From an uncultured Opitutia bacterium (lineage in GTDB: Bacteria > Verrucomicrobiota > Verrucomicrobiia > Opitutales > UBA953): 64,000 nucleotides of DNA. Position numbers and translations under genes: made by a program. The stretch is taken from positions 3,620 through 67,619 of the forward strand of contig CAIWNE010000033.1 in assembly GCA_903913915.1 (NCBI GenBank), given 5' to 3'. The notes under the pieces are model-generated. The model saw only the letters and a list, made by a program, of their open reading frames with translations. It searched no databases and had not been told where the DNA came from. Positions 36,801-48,800 of the stretch are shown one piece after another; position 1 is the stretch's first letter, and the number at the start of each line of letters is the position of its first letter.

Positions 36801-39800
36801 AGCGATGGTCAGGGTGCCGGAGGTACCCTGGCTGATCGCGAAGGAGGCGACGCCCGAAGGCACGCCGGTGAAGGTCAGGCTGTCGACCGTCTGATTGCCG
36901 TCGAGGGTGACGGCGAAGGCCGAACCGGTGACGGTAGCGGCGCTGAAGAAGATCGAATCGGTCGCGAGCGGCAAGGCTCCGAGGTCGACCAAGCCGGTCG
37001 AATCGGTGGCCCAGTTCGTGATGCCGCCGGCATTGGAGGACCAGGAGGCGGAGGTAGCGCCCTTGTAGTAGCGGTTCTGGATGAGGCTCGAGGTGACCGT
37101 CAGCGTGTTGCCGTCCGTGGCGATCTGGTAGTTCAGGCCGGCCGGGGCGCTGCCGAGGATCCACGTCGTGGCATCGAGGCCGCCGGCGCCGGAAGTCATC
37201 AGCGTGTACGTGCCGGGGGTCGGGGCGCCGCCGAGGTTGTTCAGGTTGAGCGCGGTGAGCGTGCCGAGCGTCGGGCGAGAAGAAAGGACGATCGAGTCGT
37301 TGGTGCCGCTGTTCGCGAGGCTGATGTCGAAACCGAGGCTGGCCTCGTTGCCGAGGTTCAGCGCGACGCCGCCGAGGGCGACGGCGTTGCCGTCGAAGAG
37401 GTTCAGCGCGGCGCTCGAGGCGACGTTGATCGCCGAGACGCCGGACGAGGAGAAGCCGGCGTTCATGCGCCCGAGCGACACCGTGACCGCGCCGCCGTTG
37501 AGGTTGGCGGTGTTCGTGACGGTCAGCGTGCCCTGCCCTGTCTTGGTCAGGTTGGCGGCGGCGGTCGAATTCAGGTTCGGGACGGTGAGGACGCCCGTCT
37601 TGGAGACGAGTTCGACGGTGGCGCCGGACGCGCCGGGCACGAGGACCTGGTTGGCGCCCAAGGCGGCCGCGCCGGTGCCGGCATAGCTCAGGGTGGCCCC
37701 GTTGACGTTGACGACGTTGGTCGCGGCATTACCGCCGAGATTGGCGCCGGTCGTGAAGGAAACCTTGCCGCCGTTGACGTTGACCGCGCCGGCGAACGTG
37801 TTGGCGCCCGAGAGCGTCAGGGTACCGTTCGTCGTCTTGGTCAGGCCGGCCGAGCCGGCGAGCACGCCGGAGACGGTGCCAGCGCGGGCATCGACATCGG
37901 TCGTGGACGAGAGCGAGCCGGAGCCCGAAGAAGTGATGCTACCGGAAGAGATGATCAGCCCGCCGACGGTCTCGTTATTGGCGCCGACGCTCAGCGTGCC
38001 GCCAGCGACCGTCACGGACGAGGTGTCGTCGAAGACCGAAGAACCGCCCAAGGCCAGGGTGCCCGCGTTGATGGTCGTGCCCGCCTTATAGGTGTTGGTG
38101 CCGGAGAGGGTCAGCGTGCCGTTGCCGTTCTTGATGAGCGAACCCGCGTCGCCGACGATGGCGCCGGAGACCGAGGTGTTGCCCGAGCCGGCGACCGTCA
38201 GGACATTGCCGGCGAGGTCGACCGAGGTACCGGCCGTGAGCGTGAGGGAACCGGCGTCGGATTGGATCGTGGAAGCCGCGGCGAGCACGACCGGTCCGCC
38301 GAAGGTGTTCGCGCCGCTGAGGTTGCGCAGCGCGCCGTTCGTGGCCGAACCCGATCCCGCGATCGACAGCGATTCGGAGACGACCGTGATGTTGCCCTGG
38401 AGCTCGAGCGAGCCGCCGGCGTTGACGACGGTGCCGGCGACGGCGGTGCCGAGGGCATTGGCGTGGGCGATGCTCAGGACGCCCGAGCTGACGGTCGTCA
38501 GGCCGTCGAAGACGTTGCTGCCCGAAAGCGTGACCTTGCCGCTGCCCGACATCGCGAGAGCCGCGGTCGAACCCGTCACCGTGCCGGAGACGACGGTGTT
38601 ACCCGCGCCGGCGAAGGTGAGGACGTTGGCGCCCGCGACGATCGCCGAGGCGTTGCTCAGGGTCAGCGTACCGGCGTCGGACTGGACCGTGGCGTTGCCC
38701 GCCAGGGTGACCGTGCCGCCGAAGGTGTTCGTGCCGCTGAGGTTGCGCAGGGCGCCGTTGGAGGCCGAACCCGTGCCGGCGACCGAGAGGGCCTCGGCGC
38801 CGACGGCGATGCCGCCCTGGAGTTCGAGCGAGGCTCCCGCCGCGACGGTCGTGCCCGCCGCGGTCGTACCGAGGGCGTTGGCATGGCCGATGCTGAGGAT
38901 GCCCGCGCTGACGGTCGTCGCGCCGGAGTAGGCGTTGTTACCGAGCAAGGTCACCGTGCCGGAACCCGAATTGGTGAGCGTGCCAGTGCCGTTGATGATG
39001 CCGGATGTCGAGTAGCTGCCCGTGCGGTTGAACACCAGGGCGGCGTTGTTCGTGAGCGTGCTGGCCGTGGCGCCCAAGGTGCCCGAAGCCGAACCCGCGC
39101 CGACCTGCAGCGTACCCGCCGAGACGGTCAGAGGGGTGACGAAGGTGTTGGTGCCGTCGAGCACGAGCGTGCCCGAGCCCGACTTCGTGAGCGTGCCCGT
39201 GACGTTGAAGCCCGTGACGTTCTTGAGCGTGCCGCTCTGGAGCGACAGCGTGTCGAGCGGATAGACCGTGCCGATCGCGTGGCCGGTCATGTCGAGCGTG
39301 CCGCCGTTGAGGGTGAAGTTGGCGGTCGTGAAGACCGTCGAGCCCTTGATGATGTTGCCCGCGAGCGTGACCGTGCCGCCGGTGATGGTGACGTTGTCGG
39401 TCGTCGCGACGGAGGCGGTCGTGGTGTTCTTGCCCAGCTGGATCGAGAAGGAGCCGGTGTTGCCGATCGTGACCGTGCCGGCGCTGATGTTCAGGTTGCC
39501 GATGATCGTGTTCGCCGCGCCCAAGAAGCTGTCGGTGACGGTGCCCATGGCGAGCGCGCCCGAGCCGATGAGGGTGGTGCCGCCGCCGATGTTCCAGTTG
39601 AAGGTCAGCGGATTGGAGCCGGTGTAGGCGGAGGTGCCGCGGTCGTCGGCGAAGGTCGCCGTCGTCGCGTCGAGGATGCCCAGGTTGAAGTTGAACGTGG
39701 TGGTCTGGGTGGCCGAACGGGCCGAGCTGCCGAGGGCGAACGTGCTGACGTACAGGTCGGCGTTGTGGCCGTTGAAGTCGACGAGGTGGTTCGCGCCGGC

Positions 39801-42800
39801 GGTGCCGGTGCTGGCGTTGCCGGTGTTGATGTTCAGGGCCGCGCGGCTGACGCCGTCGTAGGCGCGGAGCTTGATCGCGCCGTTGGTCGCGGCAGGATTG
39901 AAGGTGACGGAGGCGACGTCGCGGCCGCCCGTGCCGATGTTGACCGTGTTGACGTTGAGGGTGGTCAGGCCCGAACCGAACTGGACCACGCTGTTCGGAT
40001 TGGAGCCGCCGTTGTAACCCTGCTGGTTGCCGACGTTGAAGGAGCTGCCGCGGATGAAGGTGACCGGAGTGCTCGCGGTGACGCCCGACGGGATCGGGAA
40101 GTACATCGTCGCGAAGTTCGTCGAGATGTTCGTCGAGGTCTGATTCGAAACGTAGAAGGCGCCGGCGGCGCCGATGTTGGCGCTGAAGGACGAAAGCCCC
40201 TGCAGGTCGAGGACCACGGTGTTGCCGTAGGTGGCGCCGGTCGAGCCGCCGACCTGGAAGATGGAACCTGCGCTGGTGACGGCGAGGGCGCCGCCGCCGG
40301 TCATGACGAGGTTGGTGTAGCCCGAGGCGACGACCGGATTGTAGCCGACGGTGAAGTTGCCGCCGACGTTCATGGTCTTGCCGGCGCCGATCGTGACGGT
40401 GCTGCTCAGGGCATTGCTGCCACGGGCCTGGAACGTACCGACGGTGATGCCGCCGTTGGTGAGGTCGAGGGAGCTCAGGACCGAGGAGCCGAGCGAAGGC
40501 CCGAGGTAGAGCGCGCCGGTGGTGTTGAACTGGCCGTCGGCCGAGGTGGCCAAGGCGCCCGCGCTCGCGAGGGTGATCGAGCCGTTGCCGGTGACGACGG
40601 TGCTAGCGGGCAGCGTATACGCGTCGGAACGGTTGAAGGTGAGGGAGCCCGAATTGGCGATGGAGCCGCCGCCGAGCGTGCCGACCGTGGAGCCCGCGCC
40701 GATCTGGAGGCCGGCGGTGGAGGCGATGACGGAGTTCCCGGAGTAGGAGTTCGCGCCCGTGAGGGTCAGCGTGCCCGCACCGTTGACGGTGAGGCCGGTC
40801 TTCTTGGTGCCGGAGCCCAGGACGTCCTGGATGGTGCCGGCGAACGTGGCGTTCGCGCCGGCGTACACGAAGGAACCGTCGGCGGTCGTGCTGCTGTTGC
40901 CGACGATCTGAGCGGAAGCGGTGGCGCCCGCGCCGACGGTCAGGGAAGAGACGGTCTGCGTGAAACCGTTGAGGTCGAGCACGCCCGCCGTGCCGGTGCC
41001 GCCGAGGGTGATGGCGCCGACGGAGAAGGCGTTGTTCGCGCCCAGCTTGGCCGTGCCGCTGCCGATGACGGTGCCGCCGGTGTAGGTGTTGGCGGTATTG
41101 AACTGCAACGTGCCGCCGCCGGTGAAGGTGATGCCGATCTTGCGCGTGGAGTCAGGCTCGACGAAGACGCCGCCGAACGTGACGGTGCCGGCGCCGGCGA
41201 AGGTGAGCGTCGAGGTGCCGACGGCCGAATTCGTGACGGTCTGGCTGGCCGCGGTGCCGGCGGTGCCGAGGCTGACGAGCGTCTTGCTCGTGCCGTTGAG
41301 GTCGAGGGTCGCGCCGTTGCCGACGCTGCCGAGCACGAGGCTCGTGGAGTTGGCCCAGGCCGAGGCGGCGCCCACGACGAGATTGCCCGAACGGACGTAG
41401 GTCGTGCCGGAATAGCCGTTGCTGCCCGACAGGGTGAGGATGCCTGAGCCGGTCATGGCGCTGACGAAGTCACCGGTGCCGTTGACGGCCGTGGTGAGGG
41501 CGTAGCTGCCCGAGCGGGCGATGATGAGGGTGCCGTTGTCGGTCACCGACAAGGCGCCGCCGAGCGTGCCGGAGCCGCCGAGCTGGAGGGTCGCCCCGCT
41601 GGCGATGGTCGTCGAGCCGAGGAATCCGTTGGCGCCCGTGAGCACCAAGGTGCCGGCGTCGACCGAGAGGTTGCCGCTGCCGTTGATGGCCGAACCGATC
41701 GTGGCCGTGCCGCTCAGGTTGACGGAAAGCAGGCCGGAGTTGCTGATCGCGCCTGCGCCGCCGATGGAGCCGCCCGTGCCGAGCTGCAGGGTCTCGCCGG
41801 TGGCGATGACGGTGCCGCCCGCATGCGCGAGGCTGTTGGTGACGATGAGCGTGCCGCCGCCCTGGGCGGTGACGGAGCCGTTGCCGGACGTGGTGCCGGC
41901 GAAGGTCGAGGTGTCGCCGCGGGCGAAGACGAGCGAGGCTCCGGAGGAAATGACGACCGAGCCAGGAAGCGCGCCGCCGACGCCGACCTGCACGGAGCCG
42001 GCCTGGATGGTGGTTCCGCCGGTGTAGGTGTTGGCTCCCGTGAGGACGAGCGCACCGACGCCGGACTTGACCAGCGCCAAGGCGCCGGAAGAGCCGTCCG
42101 CGAAGATACCGCCGAAGTTATTGGCGCCGGCGAGGCTGAGCGTGAGGACGGAGGCGGCGGAGCCGCCGTTCTGGACGGTCGGCGTGCCGACCGTGGCGTT
42201 CGTGGCGAGGCCGACGAGCGTGGCGGCGTTGCCGTTGAGGCTGAAGACGCCCGTGGAGGCCGGACCGAAGGTCAGCGCATTGCCCACGTCGATCGCGCCG
42301 GCGGCGCCGAGGACGATGGCGCCGTCGTTGCGGATGGCGAGGTCGCCGGAAAGCGCGTTGGCCGCATTGAGGCGCAACGTGCCGCCGTTGACGACGATGC
42401 CGCCGCCGAAGGTGTTGCTCGCGTTGAAGACCAGGGAACCTGCGTTGACGGTGACCAGGCCCGAGAGGCTGTTCGGATTGTTGAAGGTGGCCGAACCCGT
42501 GCCGGACTTCGTGAGGCTGGCTCCGCCGGTGATGCCGTAGGCGCCGCCGAAGAAGTAGCTAAGGGTCGAGTTGTCGATGACCACGCTGATCGGGTCGACG
42601 TTGCCTTCGCTGAGCTGGACGGTCGTGAAACCGGCGCCGGCGGAGTCGTCGAAGCGCACCGCATCCTGCGACCAGAAGTCGGTCGCCACGGCGCCGGAAA
42701 GGCGGAAGTTCATCGCGCCCGCGCCATGCGTGGTCGCGACGTGCCAGACGTTGTCGGCGGTGGTGTTGTCGGCCAGGACGCCGGCCCACTTGGGCGAGTC

Positions 42801-45800
42801 GCCGGCGATCTGCAGCGAGATCTTGCTGGTCAGGTCATCGACCAGGGTGGCGGTCTGACGGGCGCTGAGGCCCGTGATCGAACCGTTCGGCACCGTGAAG
42901 ACCGTGTGGTCGCTGAGCGACGAATAGGTCAGCAGGTCATAGGTGCCGTTGGCGAGCACGCCGCCGAAGGTGGCGTAGACGGAGACCGACCCGGAACCGC
43001 CGTTGGCGGTGATGGCGCCGGCGGCGATCCTCGAGGCCGAGGAACCGAGGTCGATATTGAAGAAGCGCAGGCTGGCCGTATCCGCGGTCGCGGCGCCCAG
43101 GACGAGCGAACCGACCGTGAGGCTGCCGGAGGCGCCGTCGCCGGCGAGGAGCGTGCCGCCGCTGGCGACCGTGACGGTGCCGGCGAGGGTGCCCTTGCCG
43201 CCCAACTTGGCGCCGGAGGCGACGGAGGCCGTGACGGTGGCGTCGGTGACGCCGTTGACGATCATCGTGCCGCCGTTCGCCGAAAGCGCGACGGTACCGG
43301 TGATCGGGCCGCCCAAGGTGAAGGTGCCTGCGCCGGCCTTGACGATGCCGCTGGAGCCCGAGCCGGCGACGCTGCCGTCGAAGCTGGAGTTGGCGCCGGT
43401 CGTCAGGACGCCCGTCGAACCCAACGTGAGCGCGGCCGAGGTCGCGCCGACGCCGTTGAGCGTGGGAATGGTCTGCGTCGTGCCGTTGAGGTCCAGCGTC
43501 GCGCCGGCGACGTTGGCCAAAGTGACGGCGGAGTTAGGCGAGAAGGCGGAGTTAGCCCCGGCCTGGAGCGTGCCGCCGTTGATCGCGGTGGCGACGGAGT
43601 AGGTGTTGGCGCCGGAGAGGGTCCAGATGCCGGAGCCGGTCTTCGTGACGCCGGAGGCGCCGACCAGGGCTGTGGCGAGGACGCCGTTGCCGGAGCCGGT
43701 GAAGACGACGGCCTGGCGGGTCGTGTCGGCGCTCTGCGCGTTCACGTTGCCGGTGATCGTCAGGAGTCCGGCGTCGGAACGCAGCGTGAAGGCGCCGCCG
43801 TTCTGGGCGGTCAGGTTGCCGGCCCAGGTATTGGCATCGGCGACATTCCAGAGGATCGGCGACGTGACCGCGACGGCCGCGACCGACACCCCACCCTGCA
43901 CCTGCAGCGCGGCGGACGCGTCGATCGAGACGGAGGAAGCGGACCCGAGGGCGGTCGCGTTGCGAAGATTGAGCGTGCCGGCGTTGATGACGACGGAGCC
44001 CGAGAAGCTGCCGGCTCCCTGGAGGGAGAGCGTGCCGACATCGACCTTGGTGATGCCACCGGTGCCGAGGGTGAGATTGCCGAGCGCGAGGGCGCCCACA
44101 CCGCTGGTGGTCAGGTTGACGTTGGAGCCAGTGACACCGCCCGAAAGCGTGAGGCTTCCGGCGTCGGAATTAAGGCGCGAATCCGCGGCGAGGGTGACCA
44201 AGCCGGTGATCGTGTTGGTGCCGGAGATATTACGGATGACGCCCGTGGTGGCGGAGACCCCCGTGCCGGAGACCGTCAGCGGCTCGGGCGAGGTGATGCC
44301 ACCCTGCACTTCCAAGGCGGCGCCGTTGGCGACGACCGTCGCGCCGACGGCGGTGCCGAGCGCGTTGTTCGCCTGGATGTTGATGACGCCGGCGTAGAGG
44401 TTCGTGACGCCGGAGTAGGTGCTGTTGCCCGAAAGCGTCAGCCTGCCGGAGCCGTCCTTGAAGAGGGCGAGCTGACGGGTCGAGCCGTCGTTGATCGCGC
44501 CGGCATAAGAGCTGGAGCTGTCGGAGGCGACGGACAAGACCGAGACACCGCCGAGCACGCCGGCATCGGTGATGACGCCGCCGGAACCCGACAGCGTGCT
44601 GATAGCGACGCTGGCGACGCCGTTGAAGTCGAGCGTGCCGCCGTTGACGGTCAGCGCGCCGTCGAAACCGGTGTCACCGCCGAGGGCAGCCGCATTGCCG
44701 AGCTTGAGCGTGCCCGCGTTGACGGTCGTGCCGCCGAGGTGGGAGTTCGCGCCGGAGAGGGTCTGCGTGCCCAGTCCGGACTTAACCACAGCGACATTGC
44801 CGGTGAAGTTGCCGGCGAAGGTATAGTCGCCCGTGGAACCGGCGCCGTTGGCCGGGTCGACCTTGAGGGTGATCGTGGAAAGCGTCGCGCCGGTGTTGGT
44901 GACCGTGGCCGCGTTGCCCGAGTAGCGGGTGAGGCCGCCGACCGTCTGGCTGAAGCCGCTGAGGTCAAAGACCGAGGTCGCGCTGGTGCCGATTTCCAGG
45001 ACCGGCCAGGTGCCGGCCCCCGCGTTGGTGGCGGTGGCGAGGCCGTTGTTGGCCCCGAGGTACATGTTGCCCTGGTAGAGGTCGAAGAAATCCATCGTGC
45101 CGCCGCCGGAGAACACGACGTTTCCGATACGCGAGCTGACCGTCTGGCCGGGATCCGCGTTGACCTGTCCGTTGAAGTAAAGCGTCGCGCCCGCGGTGCC
45201 GAAGATGCCGCCGGCGGCCGGATTGTTCATGACCCGGACCGTCCCGTTGATGATACCGGAGCCCGCCGCCGCCGTCATGTAGAAGGCGCCTTGGCCGGAG
45301 ACCCCGTAATTGTTGCCGATGACGACGTTGTTGGTGAGGGTGGTACCCGCCGCGATGATCAGCTGAGAGCCGCTGAGCAGGCTGACCGTGCCCGTGCTGA
45401 AGGCGCCCGTCGCGCCGTAGGTGACCGCACCGGAGCCGCTGAGGACGGTGTTGCCTGTGTAATTGTTGCCCGCGTTGTTGAACGCAACCGTGCCGGAGCC
45501 GGCCTTGGTGACGCCGATGGAACCGGTGATCTGCGAATTGATAACCAAGCCGCCCGAACCGTTGCTGTCCCACTGGTGTAGGACGAGGTCCGAGGAACCC
45601 GAGGTGATCGTGCCGCCGTTGAGCGTGACGGTATTGGCCGCCACGGTAGGCGTGACGAGGAGACCGCCGCTGGCGATCGTGAAGCCCGTCGGCAAGGTGA
45701 GCGCGACGGTGGAGACCGCGTTGAAGCGGAGCGAATTGACGCTGGTGACGCCGCCCGTGGTCGCGGGCGCCGAGCCCGCGTCGACGTCGGTGCCGGAAGC

Positions 45801-48800
45801 GAAGCCGGCGTTATAGGAACCCAAGGCGCCGATGACGCCGCCGGTGACGGCCGCGAAGCCCGCGCCCGAATTGACCGTGGCATAACCGCCGAGGATGGCG
45901 CCGGAACCGTTCGTGTTGGTCGTGGTGATCGTGCCCGTACCGATGTTCGTGGCGCTGACCTGGAGATCCAGCGCGGAACCGACGTTACGGGTGATGCCGT
46001 TCAGCACCATGCTGAGCGAAGTGCCGCCGTTGAGGCTATTGGCGATGACCGAGCCGCCCGGCTGCAAGGTCAGGCTGGCGAAGGCCTGCGAACGGACGCC
46101 CGAACTACCGGAATTCTTGAGGCTGAGCGTACCGCCCCCCAGGACGAGCGGGCTGGCGCTGTTGAGAATCGCGCCGGATGAGCTGACCCCGCTCCAATCG
46201 AGGAGAAGCGTGCCTCCGAGGACGGTGGTCGCGCCGGTGTAGTTGGCGGTCTGGACGCCGGAGAGGGTCTGCGAAGCCGAACCGATCTTCGTCAGGCCGC
46301 CGGAGCCGACGGCGCCGACGCCGCCATAGATCCAGCCGGCGAAGTTGCCCGAGCCCGCGCCGGTCAGGGTGAGCGAATAGCCGTTGAGGTTGACGATGCC
46401 GGCGCTCTGCGAGGTGGAAGTCGTGTTCGTGCTCTGCAGCGAACCGATGGAAACATTGGTGTTCAGCTGGAGGGTCGCGCCGCCGACGTTGTTCGGTCCG
46501 ACGAGGGCGTTGGTGTTCGCGGCCAGGGAAGGCGCGGACCAGCCGATATTGAAAGGATTCCAGGTATTGAGGAGGAGCGTACCGGCGTTGACGTAGGTAT
46601 TGCCCGCATAGGTCTGGGTTGCGTTGATCTGCAGGAAGCCGTTGCCTTCCTTCTGGAAGGAGCCGGAGCCGTAGTTGCCGAGGCCCTTGGTGAAGACGAC
46701 CGGGACGGACGTCGTGTACGTCTGGGCCGAGCCCGCCGCGGTGGCAGGCTGGCTGATGACGAGGGTAGTGCCGTCGGTGATGCTGGCGATCTTGGTGCCG
46801 TTAGGAATACCGGTGCCGCTGATGTACATGCCGGCCGAAAGACCGGCGGTGCTGGAAACGGTGACGTTGGTCAGACCCGACGTCGTGGCACCGCCGCCGA
46901 CGGTGCCGGTGCCGACGCCGTTCGTGCTGAAGTAAAGGGTGCCGGAAGAAATCGTGATGCTGCTGATGTTAGGCGCAGCCGTGAAGTCCGCATTGGCAGG
47001 CAAGACCGCCGAATTGAGCTGGAACTGTCCGTTCAGCGATTGGAAGACCATCGGACCGTTGCCGAAGACCGAGAACGGCGTGGTGGTCGCGGGCGTCTGG
47101 ACGTTGGCATACGTATAGCCTGCGCCCAGGTTGGTACCGCCGGTGTAGGTGTTGTTACCCGTCAGGATGATCGTTCCGTAACTGGTACCGGTGGTCGCGT
47201 TGCTGGCGGAACCGCCAGCGAGGACGACCGCGGCGTTGCCGGTGATATTTCCGGCATAGGTCAGCGTGCCGCCACCGCCGCCGAGACGGTAGGTAGCCTG
47301 GCCGTTGACGGAGTAAGGCGTCAGCGTGCCGGTGTAGGTGATGTTGTCGTTCGCCCCGAGGAAGAGGCCCGAAGCGTTCAGGGAACGGAAGTCGAGGTTC
47401 TCGCCCGCCGTCGTCGTGCGCAAGGCGATCGTGCCGCCGGAACCGTAGCCGATCAGCGGGATGAGCGCGGACTGGATGCTACCGGCGAAGCCCGGGATGA
47501 TCGAGCCATAGGTACCGAGGTTGACCACCGTAGGCGAACCCATGTTGGCGACCGTATCGAAACGGTAGGCGCCCGAACCGATGGTATAGGAACCCGCCCA
47601 GCCGGTGTTGTCCGCCGTGAAGTTGATCGTGCCGTCGCCATAACCGCTGTTGGCGTAGATCGCGTAGTTGCCGAAAAGCTTGGCGCTGATGATGCCGGTG
47701 CCCGTCTGGGCGCGGATGGCGGAATCGCCCATCAGGTTCAGGTTGCCGGCGAGGTTGGCTCCGTTGTCGATGCGGAGCACGCCGTGGGAGACGTTGGCGT
47801 TGGTCTCGGCCCAGCCGCCGCCCGTGACGTACCAGTTGCGGGTCAGCGTGATCGGTTGGTTGAAGTAGAACTGGCCGCCGTTGTTGCCGAAGATGTAGAC
47901 GTTGCCGTTCGTGCCGGCGCCGAAGGGCGTGGTGACGCTCGAGCTCGTCAGGTACACGCGCTCGCCGCTGATGTAGGTGTTGCCCGTGTAAGTGTTGTTG
48001 GCGTTGATGATGACGCTGTTCTTCGTGTAGACGCCGTTCCAAAGAGCGCCGCGATAAGTGACATCGGTGATGCCGCTGCCGCTTTCACCGAGCACGGAAT
48101 TGATGGTCAGATTATTGCCCGTGTTGAAGATCACGAGTTCCCTGCCCGCTCCGGGCACGATCGTCCCCTGCCCTACCACCGTGCCCAGCGACGAACTGGC
48201 GGCGGAGTTTCCGACGAGGATGCCGCCGCTGCTGATGGTCAGGGTCTGGCCCGCGGCGATGTTCAGGTTGGCGGCGGTGCCGGCGTTGTTGCGGAAGCTC
48301 GCGATGGTCTGCGTGTTCCAGGCCGTGGAGTTGCTGACCTGGAAGTCGACGTTCGCGGCCGTGCCCGGCGCGGTCGTGGTCGCGATGGACGCGGTGTAGG
48401 CCACCGTCGTCGCGGCCGTGCCGGTGGTGCCGGGAGCCACGAGGATGTTGCCCGAGGTGCTCTTGGCCGCCCAATCGGTGGCCTGGGATCCCCAGACGGA
48501 GTTATAAGCCCCGACGACGGCGTAAGCCGTGCCGTTCGTATCGACCAGCAAGGCGTTGGCCGAGCCGGTGCTGGTGCTCAGGCCGCTGGTGGCCAGCGGG
48601 CCGCCCTGAGGCTGCATGATCACCAAGGTGCCGCCGGCCGAACGGGTGATGGCGCCCAGGCTGAGCGTCATCGCGTAGCTCGTGGCGTTGTTCGAGAGGT
48701 TGATCGTCGAGGCGCCGGCGCCGATGGTCGTGCTGGCGACCGTCTGGGCCACCGCTCCGGTGGATCCCAGCAACGTGAGCGCGCCGCCGCCGATGGAAGC

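Noticed and set aside
24870-41447. A 5,525-aa ORF on the plus strand, followed by further 900-1,250-aa plus-strand ORFs at 41823..45581, 47040..50333, 50769..53867 and 54105..56855.
   Set aside because: All of them are in the same frame, and that frame is codon-aligned antisense to the giant gene: 24870, 41823, 47040, 50769 and 54105 each differ from 24876 by a multiple of 3. A stop arises in that frame only where the sense strand uses TTA, CTA or TCA, which this high-GC, strongly biased gene almost never does. The products are featureless G/A/R/D/E/V polymers with no signal peptide or domain, whereas the sense frame has a signal peptide, PATR repeats and PEP-CTERM. They are shadow ORFs, not genes.
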